In this document: positions 35,146 to 43,502 of the stretch, piece after piece
How the letters are laid out: every line of letters begins with the position of its first letter
Position numbering within the stretch: position 1 is the stretch's first letter
Assembly (NCBI GenBank): GCA_964620595.1
Contig: CAZUHP010000004.1
Span: 3,768-67,767 of the forward strand
Length of the DNA stretch: 64,000 nucleotides
Direction of reading: 5' to 3'
Source: an uncultured Desulfarculaceae bacterium
GTDB taxonomy: Bacteria; Desulfobacterota; Desulfarculia; Desulfarculales; Desulfarculaceae
Position numbers and translations under genes: made by a program
The notes under the pieces: model-generated
Seen by the model: only the letters and a program-made list of their open reading frames with translations
The model's database searches: none
What the model was told of the DNA's origin: nothing

Positions 35146-37203
35146 CTACTGTGCGGTGAATGTCAACCGATATCTTTGTTTTGCGAGCCCTGGCCCGGCC
35201 CGGCCCCGCGCCCGGGAAATTGCCGGGCCCAGGCTGACAAAGCGGCCTTCCCGCACGCTGAAGAGCTTCAGCGGCGCCCGCACCCGTTGGTCCGGCCCCA
35301 TTGCCAGGCTGCCGCAGGCCCCCTTCACTCCCCGCAGGCCGGCCAGGGCCCGGCGCAGGTCCAGGCGGGTGGCGCCCGGCGCGGCCCTGTCCAGGACCGC
35401 ACGGGCCATGAGCCCGGCATCGTAGCCCAGGGCCTCCTTCAGCCCCGGCTCCAGGCCGGTCTGCTCCTGGAAGGCCCGCACGAAGCGCTGCACCTCCTCC
35501 TCCGGGGAGGCGGGGTCAAAGACATCGGCGAAAAGGCAGCCATCCAAGAGCTTGCCGCAGCAGGCCAGGAGCTTGGGGCGGTGCCAGTCCAGGGTTCCCA
35601 GGAGATGTCTGCCGGCCACGCCGTAGTAGCCCAGGCGGGGCACCAGGTGCTCCACCTCGTCCAGGGGGCCGGCCAGCCACAGCCGGTCGAACCTGAGCGG
35701 CGGCCGCTCCCCGCCGCCCTGGCCAGGGCCCGGGCCCAACAGCCGCCTGAGATCGGCCTGCCACACGCCGCCGGGCCGGTAGAAGAGGGGGGGCACCAGT
35801 GCCAGCTCCCGGCCCTGGCCGCTGGCGGCCGGCGGCCGTCCCCTGTCCAGCCAGGCGCGCAGGGTTTCGTGAAGCTCGCGGCCCTGGGCATTGTCCGGGG
35901 CCAGCAAGCTCACCCGGCGGGCGCCCTCCCCGGCCACCCGGCCCATCACCGCAGCCACCTGGTCCCCCAGGGTGGGATGATGGCGGAAGACAAAGGGGCC
36001 CACCTCGGCCAGCATGGGCTCCGGGCTCAGGCAGATGATGGGCACTTGCAGGTGCTGGGCCCGGCGGGCGGCGGCCAGGGCGGCCAGGTCGTCCAGGGGG
36101 CCGATGACAAGGGCCACCTGGTGGCGTTCCACCAGCGCCTCCACCGCCCGGTCCGCGGCCAGGGGCTCGGAGCGGCTGTCCAGGAAGTGGAGCGCCGGTG
36201 CCCGGCCGGGGTCGCCCGCCCCGTCCAGGGCCAGCTTGACCGCCGCCAGCACCCGCCGGCCTTCCTCGGCCCGCAGGCCGCTCAAGGGCAGTACCACGCC
36301 CACTGCCCGGCGCTTGAGCCGGACGCTCTTTTGGGCCAGGTCTTCGCGCAGGGCCCGCACCCAGGGCCGCCAGCGCCAGTTCCGGGGCAGGGTGGCCAGG
36401 TAGTGGGTGGCCTTGCGGGCCTCGGCATCCCGGCCGGCGCGCAGGTAGGCCCGGGCCAGGCCGGCGGCCAGGGCGGCGCGCAGCTCGGGGCTGGGCTCCA
36501 CTCTCACCAGGTATGCCGTCTGGGCCACGGGCAGGGCAGCAGCCAGGCGGGCGATCAGGGGCGGCAGGTCGCGGGCGGCGATGGTGCCCGGCCGCCGGGC
36601 ACTGTAAAGCAGGGTACGCAGAAAGGCCAGGTCTCCCCCGGCATCCAGGTAGGCGGCGGCCCGGGCCTGCTCGTCCGGGGGAATGCCCAACACGGGCCGG
36701 GCCACCAGCCGGCGCAGGGAGCGCTCAGCCCCGGCCTGGTCGCCCTCTTGGCGCTGGAGCCGGGCCCACAGGTAGTCCGCCTCCACTGCCACCGCCCCGG
36801 TGACCCCCTCGCCCCCCTTTTCGCCCCCCTGCTCGCCCCCCTGTTCGGCCATGGCCTCCAGGCGCTTGAGCCACTGGCGGGCCTGGGCCCGGTGCTGCCT
36901 GGCCAGTTCGGCCCGGGCCAGGCCCAGGATGGCCAGGGCCTGGCCAGCAGGACCGCCGGCCTCCTCCAGGGCCTGGTGGAAATAGGCCCGGGCCTGGCCG
37001 GGGCGGCCGCGCAGCATCTCGGCCTCGCCCGACTCCAGGTAGGCCTGCACCGCCTCCTCCAGCACCGGGGCCGGAGGAAGCTGTGCCTCCTGGCGGCTCC
37101 TGTCCGAAAGGGCGCAAGAGGCCACGGCCAAACTTCCGGCAAGAAGCAGCCAACCAAGCCAATGCAGGCAGCGGGGCAGGCAGACCGGCAAGGGAAATTT
37201 CAT
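35146..37203 (-). CDS. lipoprotein with TPR-like N-terminal region and type-1 periplasmic-binding fold (LpoA/LivJ-like)
   Basis: 685 aa with a lipobox (LAVASC). The central and C-terminal part resembles a Peripla_BP_6 fold (VGVVLPLSGLRAEEG...). Confidence 0.65.
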   Translation of the reverse strand: MKFPLPVCLPRCLHWLGWLLLAGSLAVASCALSDRSRQEAQLPPAPVLEEAVQAYLESGEAEMLRGRPGQARAYFHQALEEAGGPAGQALAILGLARAELARQHRAQARQWLKRLEAMAEQGGEQGGEKGGEGVTGAVAVEADYLWARLQRQEGDQAGAERSLRRLVARPVLGIPPDEQARAAAYLDAGGDLAFLRTLLYSARRPGTIAARDLPPLIARLAAALPVAQTAYLVRVEPSPELRAALAAGLARAYLRAGRDAEARKATHYLATLPRNWRWRPWVRALREDLAQKSVRLKRRAVGVVLPLSGLRAEEGRRVLAAVKLALDGAGDPGRAPALHFLDSRSEPLAADRAVEALVERHQVALVIGPLDDLAALAAARRAQHLQVPIICLSPEPMLAEVGPFVFRHHPTLGDQVAAVMGRVAGEGARRVSLLAPDNAQGRELHETLRAWLDRGRPPAASGQGRELALVPPLFYRPGGVWQADLRRLLGPGPGQGGGERPPLRFDRLWLAGPLDEVEHLVPRLGYYGVAGRHLLGTLDWHRPKLLACCGKLLDGCLFADVFDPASPEEEVQRFVRAFQEQTGLEPGLKEALGYDAGLMARAVLDRAAPGATRLDLRRALAGLRGVKGACGSLAMGPDQRVRAPLKLFSVREGRFVSLGPAISRARGRAGPGLAKQRYRLTFTAQ
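36804..36848. repeat. 12-nt periodic poly-C array inside the LpoA-like CDS (minus-strand sense encodes EQGGEQGGEKGGEG)
   Basis: CCCCCTCG CCCCCCTTTTCG CCCCCCTGCTCG CCCCCCTGTTCGG. Confidence 0.8.
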
Positions 37204-37386
37204 TCCCTGCTACTCCACTCGGGTCTGCTGTTGGATTGGCGTCGGGGGGCGTCGCTGGCGACGCGCTCCCGACCATAACATTTTTAGCCAGCCGGGGCCA
37301 AGCCCAAACCAGGGGGGCTTTACTCCGGGGCCGGGGCCCGGGCATAATCGGGCCAGGCGATAACACCCTCAACCCCGGGACAACCC

Positions 37387-38148
37387 TTGCCTCGCGAAAC
37401 CTTGCCCCCATCCTTGGCCCAGGCCCTGGCCAGCTACCCAGCCGGCGGGTGGGACACGCGCCTGGCCGCGGTGTACGGCGCCCTGCCCGCCACCGAGTGC
37501 GCCAGGGAGGGCCAGTGCTGCTCCCTGTTGCCGCCCGTGCAGCCGGTGGAGATGCTGGCCTGGCTGAGCGCCCTGGCCCAAGAGGAGCCCAAAGAGCGGC
37601 GCCAGGAGGCCGCCGGCCTGGTGAGCCATTTCCTGCAAAACGCCGCCCGCCGCCTAGCCTGCCCCTGGGCCCGGGAAGGAGCCTGCGCCCGCTATCCCCA
37701 GCGCTTCTTCGGCTGCCGGGCCTATGGCCTGTGGTCACCGGCCGCCTATGAATCCCGCCGCCGGGCCGCCCTTTTGGCGGCACAAGGGGTACAGCGCGCC
37801 TGGGCCGGGCTGGGGCTGAGCCTGCCGGCCGAGGTGTGCGCGCCGCCGCCGCCCTACTGCCGCCGGGTGAAGCCCCTGGGCGGGGGAAAGCCGGACGACG
37901 CGGCCCTGGAGAAACTGGAGGCCGAACTGGCCGCCCTGGGCCGGGAGGAGCCCTGGCATGAATTCCTGGGCCGCACCGGCGGCGACCTGGGCTATTTGGC
38001 GGCAGGGCTGGCCCTGGGACAGGAGGCCTGCCTGCAGGCAAAGGTGGCAGTGACCCGGGCCCTGCTGGCCGGGCGGGGGAGCGAGGCCCGCAGCCTCTTG
38101 GCCGACGCCCGGCAGGCGGCCGCCGACTGGGCCGAGGCCCTGGCCTAG
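37387..38148 (+). CDS. hypothetical Cys-cluster protein (distant YkgJ-like, third paralogue)
   Basis: 253 aa with a TTG start. It contains ECAREGQCC and later LACPW..GACARYPQRFFGCRAYG. The start codon and RBS are weak. Confidence 0.5.
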   Translation: MPRETLPPSLAQALASYPAGGWDTRLAAVYGALPATECAREGQCCSLLPPVQPVEMLAWLSALAQEEPKERRQEAAGLVSHFLQNAARRLACPWAREGACARYPQRFFGCRAYGLWSPAAYESRRRAALLAAQGVQRAWAGLGLSLPAEVCAPPPPYCRRVKPLGGGKPDDAALEKLEAELAALGREEPWHEFLGRTGGDLGYLAAGLALGQEACLQAKVAVTRALLAGRGSEARSLLADARQAAADWAEALA

Positions 38149-38795
38149 TACCAGCGCACCACCTCCCGCCGCTCGGCCCGGGGCGAGCGGAAACGGTTCA
38201 GGGGCGAGTCCGGCTGGGCATAGCCCAGGGCCACGGCGAGCATCACCTCGTAGCCTTCGGAAATATTGAGGAAATCCTTAACCGTATCCTGGTAGGCGCA
38301 GACCAGGCCGATGGGGCAGGTGTCCAGGCCCAGCTCCCGGGCGGCCAAGAGCAGCCAGCCCACAGCGATGCCCACGTCCAGGGCGCGTACCCGCTCGAAC
38401 ACCTTGTCCAGGGCAGCCACCACCACTGTCGGCGCGCCGTAGAAGCGGAGAGAGCCCTCGTCTATGAACCCGGCCTGGTCCACCCCGGCCTCGGCCATGA
38501 GCGGCCCCATGCCCCGGCTGAGCTGGCGCTTGCGCTCCAGGTAGACCTCCGGCAAGGGCGCCAGGTTGTCCGGCGCGCACCCCTTGCCGGTTTCGGCCCG
38601 GGCCTTGAGGAGCTGGCGGCTGAGCCGCGCCACCTCCTCTCCGGTAACCACGGTGAATTGCCAAGGCTGCAAGTTGATGGCGCTGGGGGCCCGGATGGTC
38701 AGCTCCATGAGCCGCTCCAGGGTCTCGCGTTCCACCGGCCGGCTGCTGAAGGCACGGCAACTCTGCCTGCCTTGGATCGCTTCGCTTACCTCCAC
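38145..38795 (-). CDS. nitroreductase family protein
   Basis: 216 aa with a GTG start after GGGGAGGA. Motifs are RQSCRAFSSRPV and APSAINLQPWQF. Confidence 0.85.
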   Translation of the reverse strand: MEVSEAIQGRQSCRAFSSRPVERETLERLMELTIRAPSAINLQPWQFTVVTGEEVARLSRQLLKARAETGKGCAPDNLAPLPEVYLERKRQLSRGMGPLMAEAGVDQAGFIDEGSLRFYGAPTVVVAALDKVFERVRALDVGIAVGWLLLAARELGLDTCPIGLVCAYQDTVKDFLNISEGYEVMLAVALGYAQPDSPLNRFRSPRAERREVVRWY

Positions 38796-38843
38796 CGCTG
38801 TCCTCCCCTGTCCAAAGCCCTGTCCCGCTCCCCACCAAAGAAC

Positions 38844-38876
38844 GGGGCGTGGGGGGCGTGGGGGGCGGGGGGCGTG
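38844..38876. repeat. poly-G array (GGGGGGCGTG x4), intergenic, upstream of the nitroreductase gene
   Basis: GGGGCGTGGGGGGCGTGGGGGGCGGGGGGCGTG. Confidence 0.85.
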
Positions 38877-38997
38877 GATAAAAAAGAAGCATTCCCGGGG
38901 CCGCCTGCGAACATATTATACACCGCCCTTTTGGCCCTCTCCGGGGACTATACCATAAGCGTCAATATTAACAATGACTTAACTCGAACGGCCAGGG

Positions 38998-39015
38998 TTG
39001 GCACGGGTAGTGCTT
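38998..39015 (+). promoter_or_regulatory. sigma54 (-24/-12) promoter upstream of the Spy/ZraP-like gene
   Basis: It reads TTGGCACG-GGTA-GTGCTTT with correct spacing, about 45 nt upstream of the ATG at 39060. Confidence 0.65.
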
Positions 39016-39059
39016 TTATCCGGGGCATGACACAGCAACAAAAAACCGGAGGTTTTGAC

Positions 39060-39488
39060 ATGAAGAGATACGGTTACCTTATCGTTGCCCTGGCCCTGGC
39101 GGCCTTGGTGAGCACCGCAGCCTGGGCCCGCGGCCCAATGGGGGCCGGTGGCGGCTACGGCGGAGGCCCCGGCTATGGCTACAGCCAGGTGGCGCCCGCT
39201 CAGCAGGAGGCCTGGGCCAAGTTCCAAAATGACACCCTGGAGCTGCGTAAGCAGTTGGCCGCCCGGAACGTGGAGCTGCGCACCCTGTACAGCCAGCCCA
39301 ACCCGGACCAGGCCAGGGTCCAGACCCTGACCCAGGAGATCAGCAACCTGCGCGCCCAGATCGGCCAGAAGGCGACCGAGGCCGGCTTTGGCTATGGCAG
39401 CGGTTTCGGCCCCGGCTACGGCACGGGCGGTTACGGTCCCGGCCACGCCCGCGGCTACGGCATGGGCGGCGGCTACTGCTGGCGCTAG
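39060..39488 (+). CDS. periplasmic Spy/CpxP/ZraP-like protein with Gly-rich termini
   Basis: ATG at 39060 after GGAGG. It has a signal peptide and a helical core (QQEAWAKFQNDTLELRKQLAARNVELRTLY...) flanked by GYG-rich tails. It is preceded by a sigma54 promoter. Confidence 0.7.
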   Translation: MKRYGYLIVALALAALVSTAAWARGPMGAGGGYGGGPGYGYSQVAPAQQEAWAKFQNDTLELRKQLAARNVELRTLYSQPNPDQARVQTLTQEISNLRAQIGQKATEAGFGYGSGFGPGYGTGGYGPGHARGYGMGGGYCWR

Positions 39489-39502
39489 ACAACACCCCCA
39501 AA

Positions 39503-39529
39503 GGCCCCGCCTCCCTCCCCGGCGGGGCC
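39503..39529 (+). terminator. stem-loop after the Spy/ZraP-like gene
   Basis: GGCCCCGCC / GGCGGGGCC forms a 9-bp stem with a 9-nt loop, 15 nt after the stop. Confidence 0.5.
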
Positions 39530-39552
39530 CCATCCCTCCTCCCCTCCCAACC

Positions 39553-39584
39553 AACCCCCGGGGCGCCTCGGCGCCCTGGGGGTT
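39553..39584 (+). terminator. second stem-loop after the Spy/ZraP-like gene
   Basis: AACCCCCGGGGCGCC / GGCGCCCTGGGGGTT with one internal 2-nt mismatch, followed by GACTTTCC. Confidence 0.45.
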
Positions 39585-39619
39585 GACTTTCCACCGCTGC
39601 CCGCCAGTAGGGTAGGGGT

Positions 39620-40387
39620 ATGGCTACCTTGTCCCCGGCCCGGCTGAACACCGTGCTGCCCGAGCCCTGGCCCCAAAGCGTGGACCAGGCCCGGCAGGCG
39701 CAGGAGGAGCTGCGCCACCAGGTGATCCTCTCCGACCGCCTGGGGCGGGTGCGCCGGGTGGGGGGAGTGGACGTGTCCTACCCCAAAGGCGAGACCCTGG
39801 CCCGGGCCGCGGCGGTGGTGCTCTCCTTCCCGGAGCTGGAGCTGCTGGACCAGGCCACGGCCGCGGTCGAGGTGCGCTTCCCTTACCGGCCGGGCTATCT
39901 CTCCTTCCGCGAAGTGCCCGCGGCCCTGGCCGCCTTGGCCGGCCTGCGGATCACCCCCGATCTCATCATCTGCGACGGCCAGGGCCTGGCCCACCCCCGC
40001 CGCTTCGGCCTGGCCTGCCACCTGGGCGTGGTCACCGGCCTGCCTTGCCTGGGGGTGGCCAAGAACCGGCTGGTCGGCGAGCACGGGGAAGTGCCGGCCG
40101 AGCGCGGCGGCTGGACACCGCTGAGACACCGGGGCGAGGTGGTGGGCGCGATGCTGCGTACCAGGAAGGGAGTCAAGCCGGTGTATGTGTCGCCCGGGCA
40201 CAAGGTGGGCCTGGACACGGCGGTGGAGCTGGCCCTGGCCTGCTCCCCCCGCTACCGACTGCCGGAAACCACCCGCCAGGCCCACCGCCTGGCCGGAGAG
40301 CAGGGGGGCGACGGGGGGCGGGCGACGGGGGGGCGGGAAGTAAAGACAAAGGTGTTCAGGCAGGGGCAGGGGGGACAAGAGAAGTGA
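39620..40387 (+). CDS. nfi: endonuclease V with repeat-derived C-terminal extension
   Basis: 255 aa with GGVDVSY, YRPGYLSFRE, ICDGQGLAHPRRFGLACHLGV and PVYVSPGH. The last ~30 aa run through a G-rich array. Confidence 0.9.
   Translation: MATLSPARLNTVLPEPWPQSVDQARQAQEELRHQVILSDRLGRVRRVGGVDVSYPKGETLARAAAVVLSFPELELLDQATAAVEVRFPYRPGYLSFREVPAALAALAGLRITPDLIICDGQGLAHPRRFGLACHLGVVTGLPCLGVAKNRLVGEHGEVPAERGGWTPLRHRGEVVGAMLRTRKGVKPVYVSPGHKVGLDTAVELALACSPRYRLPETTRQAHRLAGEQGGDGGRATGGREVKTKVFRQGQGGQEK
40303..40337. repeat. poly-G/CGAC array inside the 3' end of nfi (encodes GGDGGRATGGRE)
   Basis: GGGGGGCGACGGGGGGCGGGCGACGGGGGGGCGGG. Confidence 0.85.
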
Positions 40388-40429
40388 GAGCACGCCCAGG
40401 AAGCGGGCGGGTTCAGGTAGCCGCCTCTG

Positions 40430-42004
40430 TCAGCGGTGCCGCTGGTACCACTTGCGCCACCCGGCCTGGTCCATGCCGTAGCGCCAGCCGGTGATGACCT
40501 GGAGGGCGTCGGCGGCTGCCTCGCGCACCCTGCGCTCTGGATCGTCCAGCACCTCGATCAGCGGCTTGATGCTCTTGCGCGCCTTGAGCCGGCCCAGGCC
40601 CTCGGCCGCGCGTTGCCTCACCTCGGGCTCCGGGTCGTTCAGGGCCTTGACCAGCGCAGCCACGGCCCGGGGGTCGTTGATGAAGCCCAGGTTGTTGATT
40701 GCATGCACCCGGGCCGGCTTGTAGCCGTCCTGGGCAGCGGCCAAGAGCGCCTCCAGGGCCTGGGGGCCCTTGACATACTTGAGGGCCAGCACCGCGTTGC
40801 GCCGCACCTTGGGGTGGGGGTCCCGGGTGGCTCGCACCAGGGCGGCCACTGCCTCTGGGTCGCTCACCGGGCCCAGGCCCAGGGGGCCCAGCACCAGGGC
40901 GGCCTTGGCGCGCACCCCGTTGTCCTTGTCCTCCAGGGCGGCGGCCAGGGGGCGCACCGCAGCAGGGTGGTTGTAGTACTGCAGGGAGTCGATGGCCGCC
41001 TCGCGCACCCTGGGGTCGGGGTCCTTCACCGCCGCGAGCAAGGGACCGGCCGCCCGGATATCGCGGATGGCGCCCAGGGCCTCGGCAGCCACCTGGCGCA
41101 CCTGTGCGTCCGGGTCCTTGAGCCCGGCCAGAAACACGCCCACCGCCCGGCGGTCCTGGTAGTACTTGAGCGCGCGGAATACCTGGCGCCGCACCCTGGT
41201 GAACTTGTCCTTGGCTGCGGCCATAAGCGCGGCCAGGGCCTCGGGGTCGCCCCGCTTGGCCAGGGTCTTGGCCGCGGCGGCGCGCACCTCGGGGTGGGGA
41301 TCACCCAGGGCGGCCACCAGGGCCGCCGCCACCCGGGGGTCCTGGTAGCGCGTCAGGGCCTTCACCGCCTGGGCGCGCACCATGGGCGGCGGCGCCGGCT
41401 CCTCCTTCTGCTGCTCGTGCAGCACGGGCGCGATCTGGACCAGGCTCCTTTTCTTCCGGTCCTTCTTGGGCGGGCGGGGAAAACGGGTGTGCTTGAGGAT
41501 GGGCTCCAGGGCCCGGGGATCGCCTATCTCTCCCAGCACCCTCAGCATCATGGCGCGGCCAAAGGGTTCGCGCTCCCGCTCCAGGGCGGCCAGGATCTGC
41601 GGCACCGCCCGCCGGCCCAGCTCCTCCAGGAGCCGGGCGGCCAACAGCCCCACCGCTGCCCGCCGCCGCCGGCTGGTCGCCCGCTCCTGGTCGCCCAAGA
41701 GGGCTATGAGCCAGGGGATGGCCGGGCCGGCCTGGTCGGGCGTCTTCCACAATTCAAGCACCGCGCCGCCGCGCTGGTTGGGGTGCATGGCGTACATGGC
41801 CAGCACCAGCCGCTTGATCCGCGGCGGCATCTCGGCGGGTATCTCCAGGCGGTAGATGGCCTGGGGTGGGCCCTTGGGCTCGAAGTCCTCGGGGGTGGTG
41901 CCCAGCCAGGAGGCCCCGGCCGGAGCGGCCGCCAGGCTGGCGGCGAGGAACAGCCAGCCGGCGGCCATGAGAAGCTTGCAAGGCTGGGCAAGGAGGCGTG
42001 GCAT
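40430..42004 (-). CDS. exported HEAT/PBS-lyase-repeat protein
   Basis: 524 aa with a signal-like N-terminus and more than 8 repeats of the DP.(P)EVR..AA.AL type. Confidence 0.8.
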   Translation of the reverse strand: MPRLLAQPCKLLMAAGWLFLAASLAAAPAGASWLGTTPEDFEPKGPPQAIYRLEIPAEMPPRIKRLVLAMYAMHPNQRGGAVLELWKTPDQAGPAIPWLIALLGDQERATSRRRRAAVGLLAARLLEELGRRAVPQILAALEREREPFGRAMMLRVLGEIGDPRALEPILKHTRFPRPPKKDRKKRSLVQIAPVLHEQQKEEPAPPPMVRAQAVKALTRYQDPRVAAALVAALGDPHPEVRAAAAKTLAKRGDPEALAALMAAAKDKFTRVRRQVFRALKYYQDRRAVGVFLAGLKDPDAQVRQVAAEALGAIRDIRAAGPLLAAVKDPDPRVREAAIDSLQYYNHPAAVRPLAAALEDKDNGVRAKAALVLGPLGLGPVSDPEAVAALVRATRDPHPKVRRNAVLALKYVKGPQALEALLAAAQDGYKPARVHAINNLGFINDPRAVAALVKALNDPEPEVRQRAAEGLGRLKARKSIKPLIEVLDDPERRVREAAADALQVITGWRYGMDQAGWRKWYQRHR

Positions 42005-42082
42005 CTAAGGATCTTCCGGCAAGCGGCGCCAAGGTTCTTCGGCCAGCGGGCAGAGACGACCCCGGCCCCCATCATCCCCATG

Positions 42083-42152
42083 GCCCCCCCTCGCCCCCCT
42101 CGCCCCCGCTGCCCCAGTCGGCCCCCGTCGCCCGCCCCCCCCCGGGGGGCGG
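42083..42152. repeat. poly-C array, intergenic, downstream of the cheV stop
   Basis: GCCCCCCCTCGCCCCCCTCGCCCCCGCTGCCCCAGTCGGCCCCCGTCGCCCGCCCCCCCCCGGGGGGCGG. It ends in the palindrome CCGCCCCCC..GGGGGGCGG. Confidence 0.85.
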
Positions 42153-42186
42153 CCGGACCGGGCGGGACGGCCCCGGAGCCGGCGGC

Positions 42187-43125
42187 CTAGTTGTCGCCGC
42201 CCAGGGCGTACTGGTCCAAGAGTTTGATGAGACGCTCGGTCTCGGGCTTGGCGGTGTAGGCTTCGGCCCCCACCCGCTCGCACTTGCGGGCCATCTGCTC
42301 GTTTATGAGGGACGAGAACACGATCACCGGTATCTTGAGCCCCATGTCGTGCTTTATGCGGCGGCACAGGGCCAAGCCGTCCATCTGGGGCATTTCGATG
42401 TCGGTGAGCAACAGGTTGAGATACTCGCTGATGTCCTTGCCCTCTTCTTCGGCCTTGGCCTTGAGGGCCTCGATCGCCTCCAAGGCGCTCTGGCCGTTGT
42501 CAAAGGTGGTGAGCTGCTCATAGCCCACCGCGCGCAGTATCTTACCCACCTGCTGGCGGATGATGCCCGAGTCCTCGGCAAAGAACACCTTGGCCGCCCG
42601 GCGGCTTTCTATCTTGGGGGTCTCCGCAAAGGCGCGTTCATCGTAGTTTATGATGCTCTCCGGGAATATCTCGCCGATGATGTGCTCCAAATCCAGGATG
42701 AGCACCTCACGGTCCTCGATGTTCACCGAGCCCACCACACAGGACGAGTCGTCCGCCAGCATGGAGGAAAGCGGCTTGAACTCGCTCCAGGACACGCGGT
42801 GGATGCGGTTGATGTAGTCGGCCACATAGGCGGTGGTCATGTTGTTGAACTCGGTGACCACCACCACCTTGCGCTCCACCTCATCTCCCTGCTTGAGGTC
42901 CAGGTGCTGCCCCAGGTTCACCAGGGGAATGGACTTGCCCCGCAGCAAAAAGACCCCGGCCACCGAAGGATGGCGGCCGGGCAGCTTGCTCACCGTGATG
43001 CCCTCGAAAGGGATGAACTCCCTGATCTTGGCCACGTTGACCCCGAAGCTTTGGCCGCAGAGATTGAACTCCGCCACCTCTACCTCGTTGGTGCCGGCCT
43101 CTAGTAATATTTCCTGTTTCGCCAT
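42187..43125 (-). CDS. cheV: chemotaxis protein CheV (CheW domain + receiver)
   Basis: 312 aa with a CheW-like N-terminus (FGVNVAKIREF...VAGVFLLRGKSIPLVNL) and a C-terminal receiver (VFFAEDS...LLTDIEMPQMDG). Confidence 0.9.
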   Translation of the reverse strand: MAKQEILLEAGTNEVEVAEFNLCGQSFGVNVAKIREFIPFEGITVSKLPGRHPSVAGVFLLRGKSIPLVNLGQHLDLKQGDEVERKVVVVTEFNNMTTAYVADYINRIHRVSWSEFKPLSSMLADDSSCVVGSVNIEDREVLILDLEHIIGEIFPESIINYDERAFAETPKIESRRAAKVFFAEDSGIIRQQVGKILRAVGYEQLTTFDNGQSALEAIEALKAKAEEEGKDISEYLNLLLTDIEMPQMDGLALCRRIKHDMGLKIPVIVFSSLINEQMARKCERVGAEAYTAKPETERLIKLLDQYALGGDN

Positions 43126-43502
43126 GGGGTTAGACTCCCTTCAGGGCCAGGGCTAGCCCCTGTTACGCATTGAGCAGGGTGTAAGGCTAAAATGAGTATG
43201 CCCTTAACCAGCGGGTCTGACAAGTAAAATATACACACCCTCCGCCTGGGCGGTCCGCCCCTCCCCCCTCCCCGAAAAATATTAAGTGTAAAGCGTCACT
43301 TTATAGTTGACTGTTCGCGGAGCGCATTGTACCTTGGGAGCATGCGGCCACGACGCACAGAAACCGCCATCAGCTTGGAGCACGGCCAGGCCGCGCCCTC
43401 CGGGGTGGCGCCCGGGGGCCGGCCACAAGCCGCCAGACAAGGTGAGGCGCGGCAAGGACCGCATGATTTGGGGCTCACCACTGTTTTCCAAGGAGGTACG
43501 AT

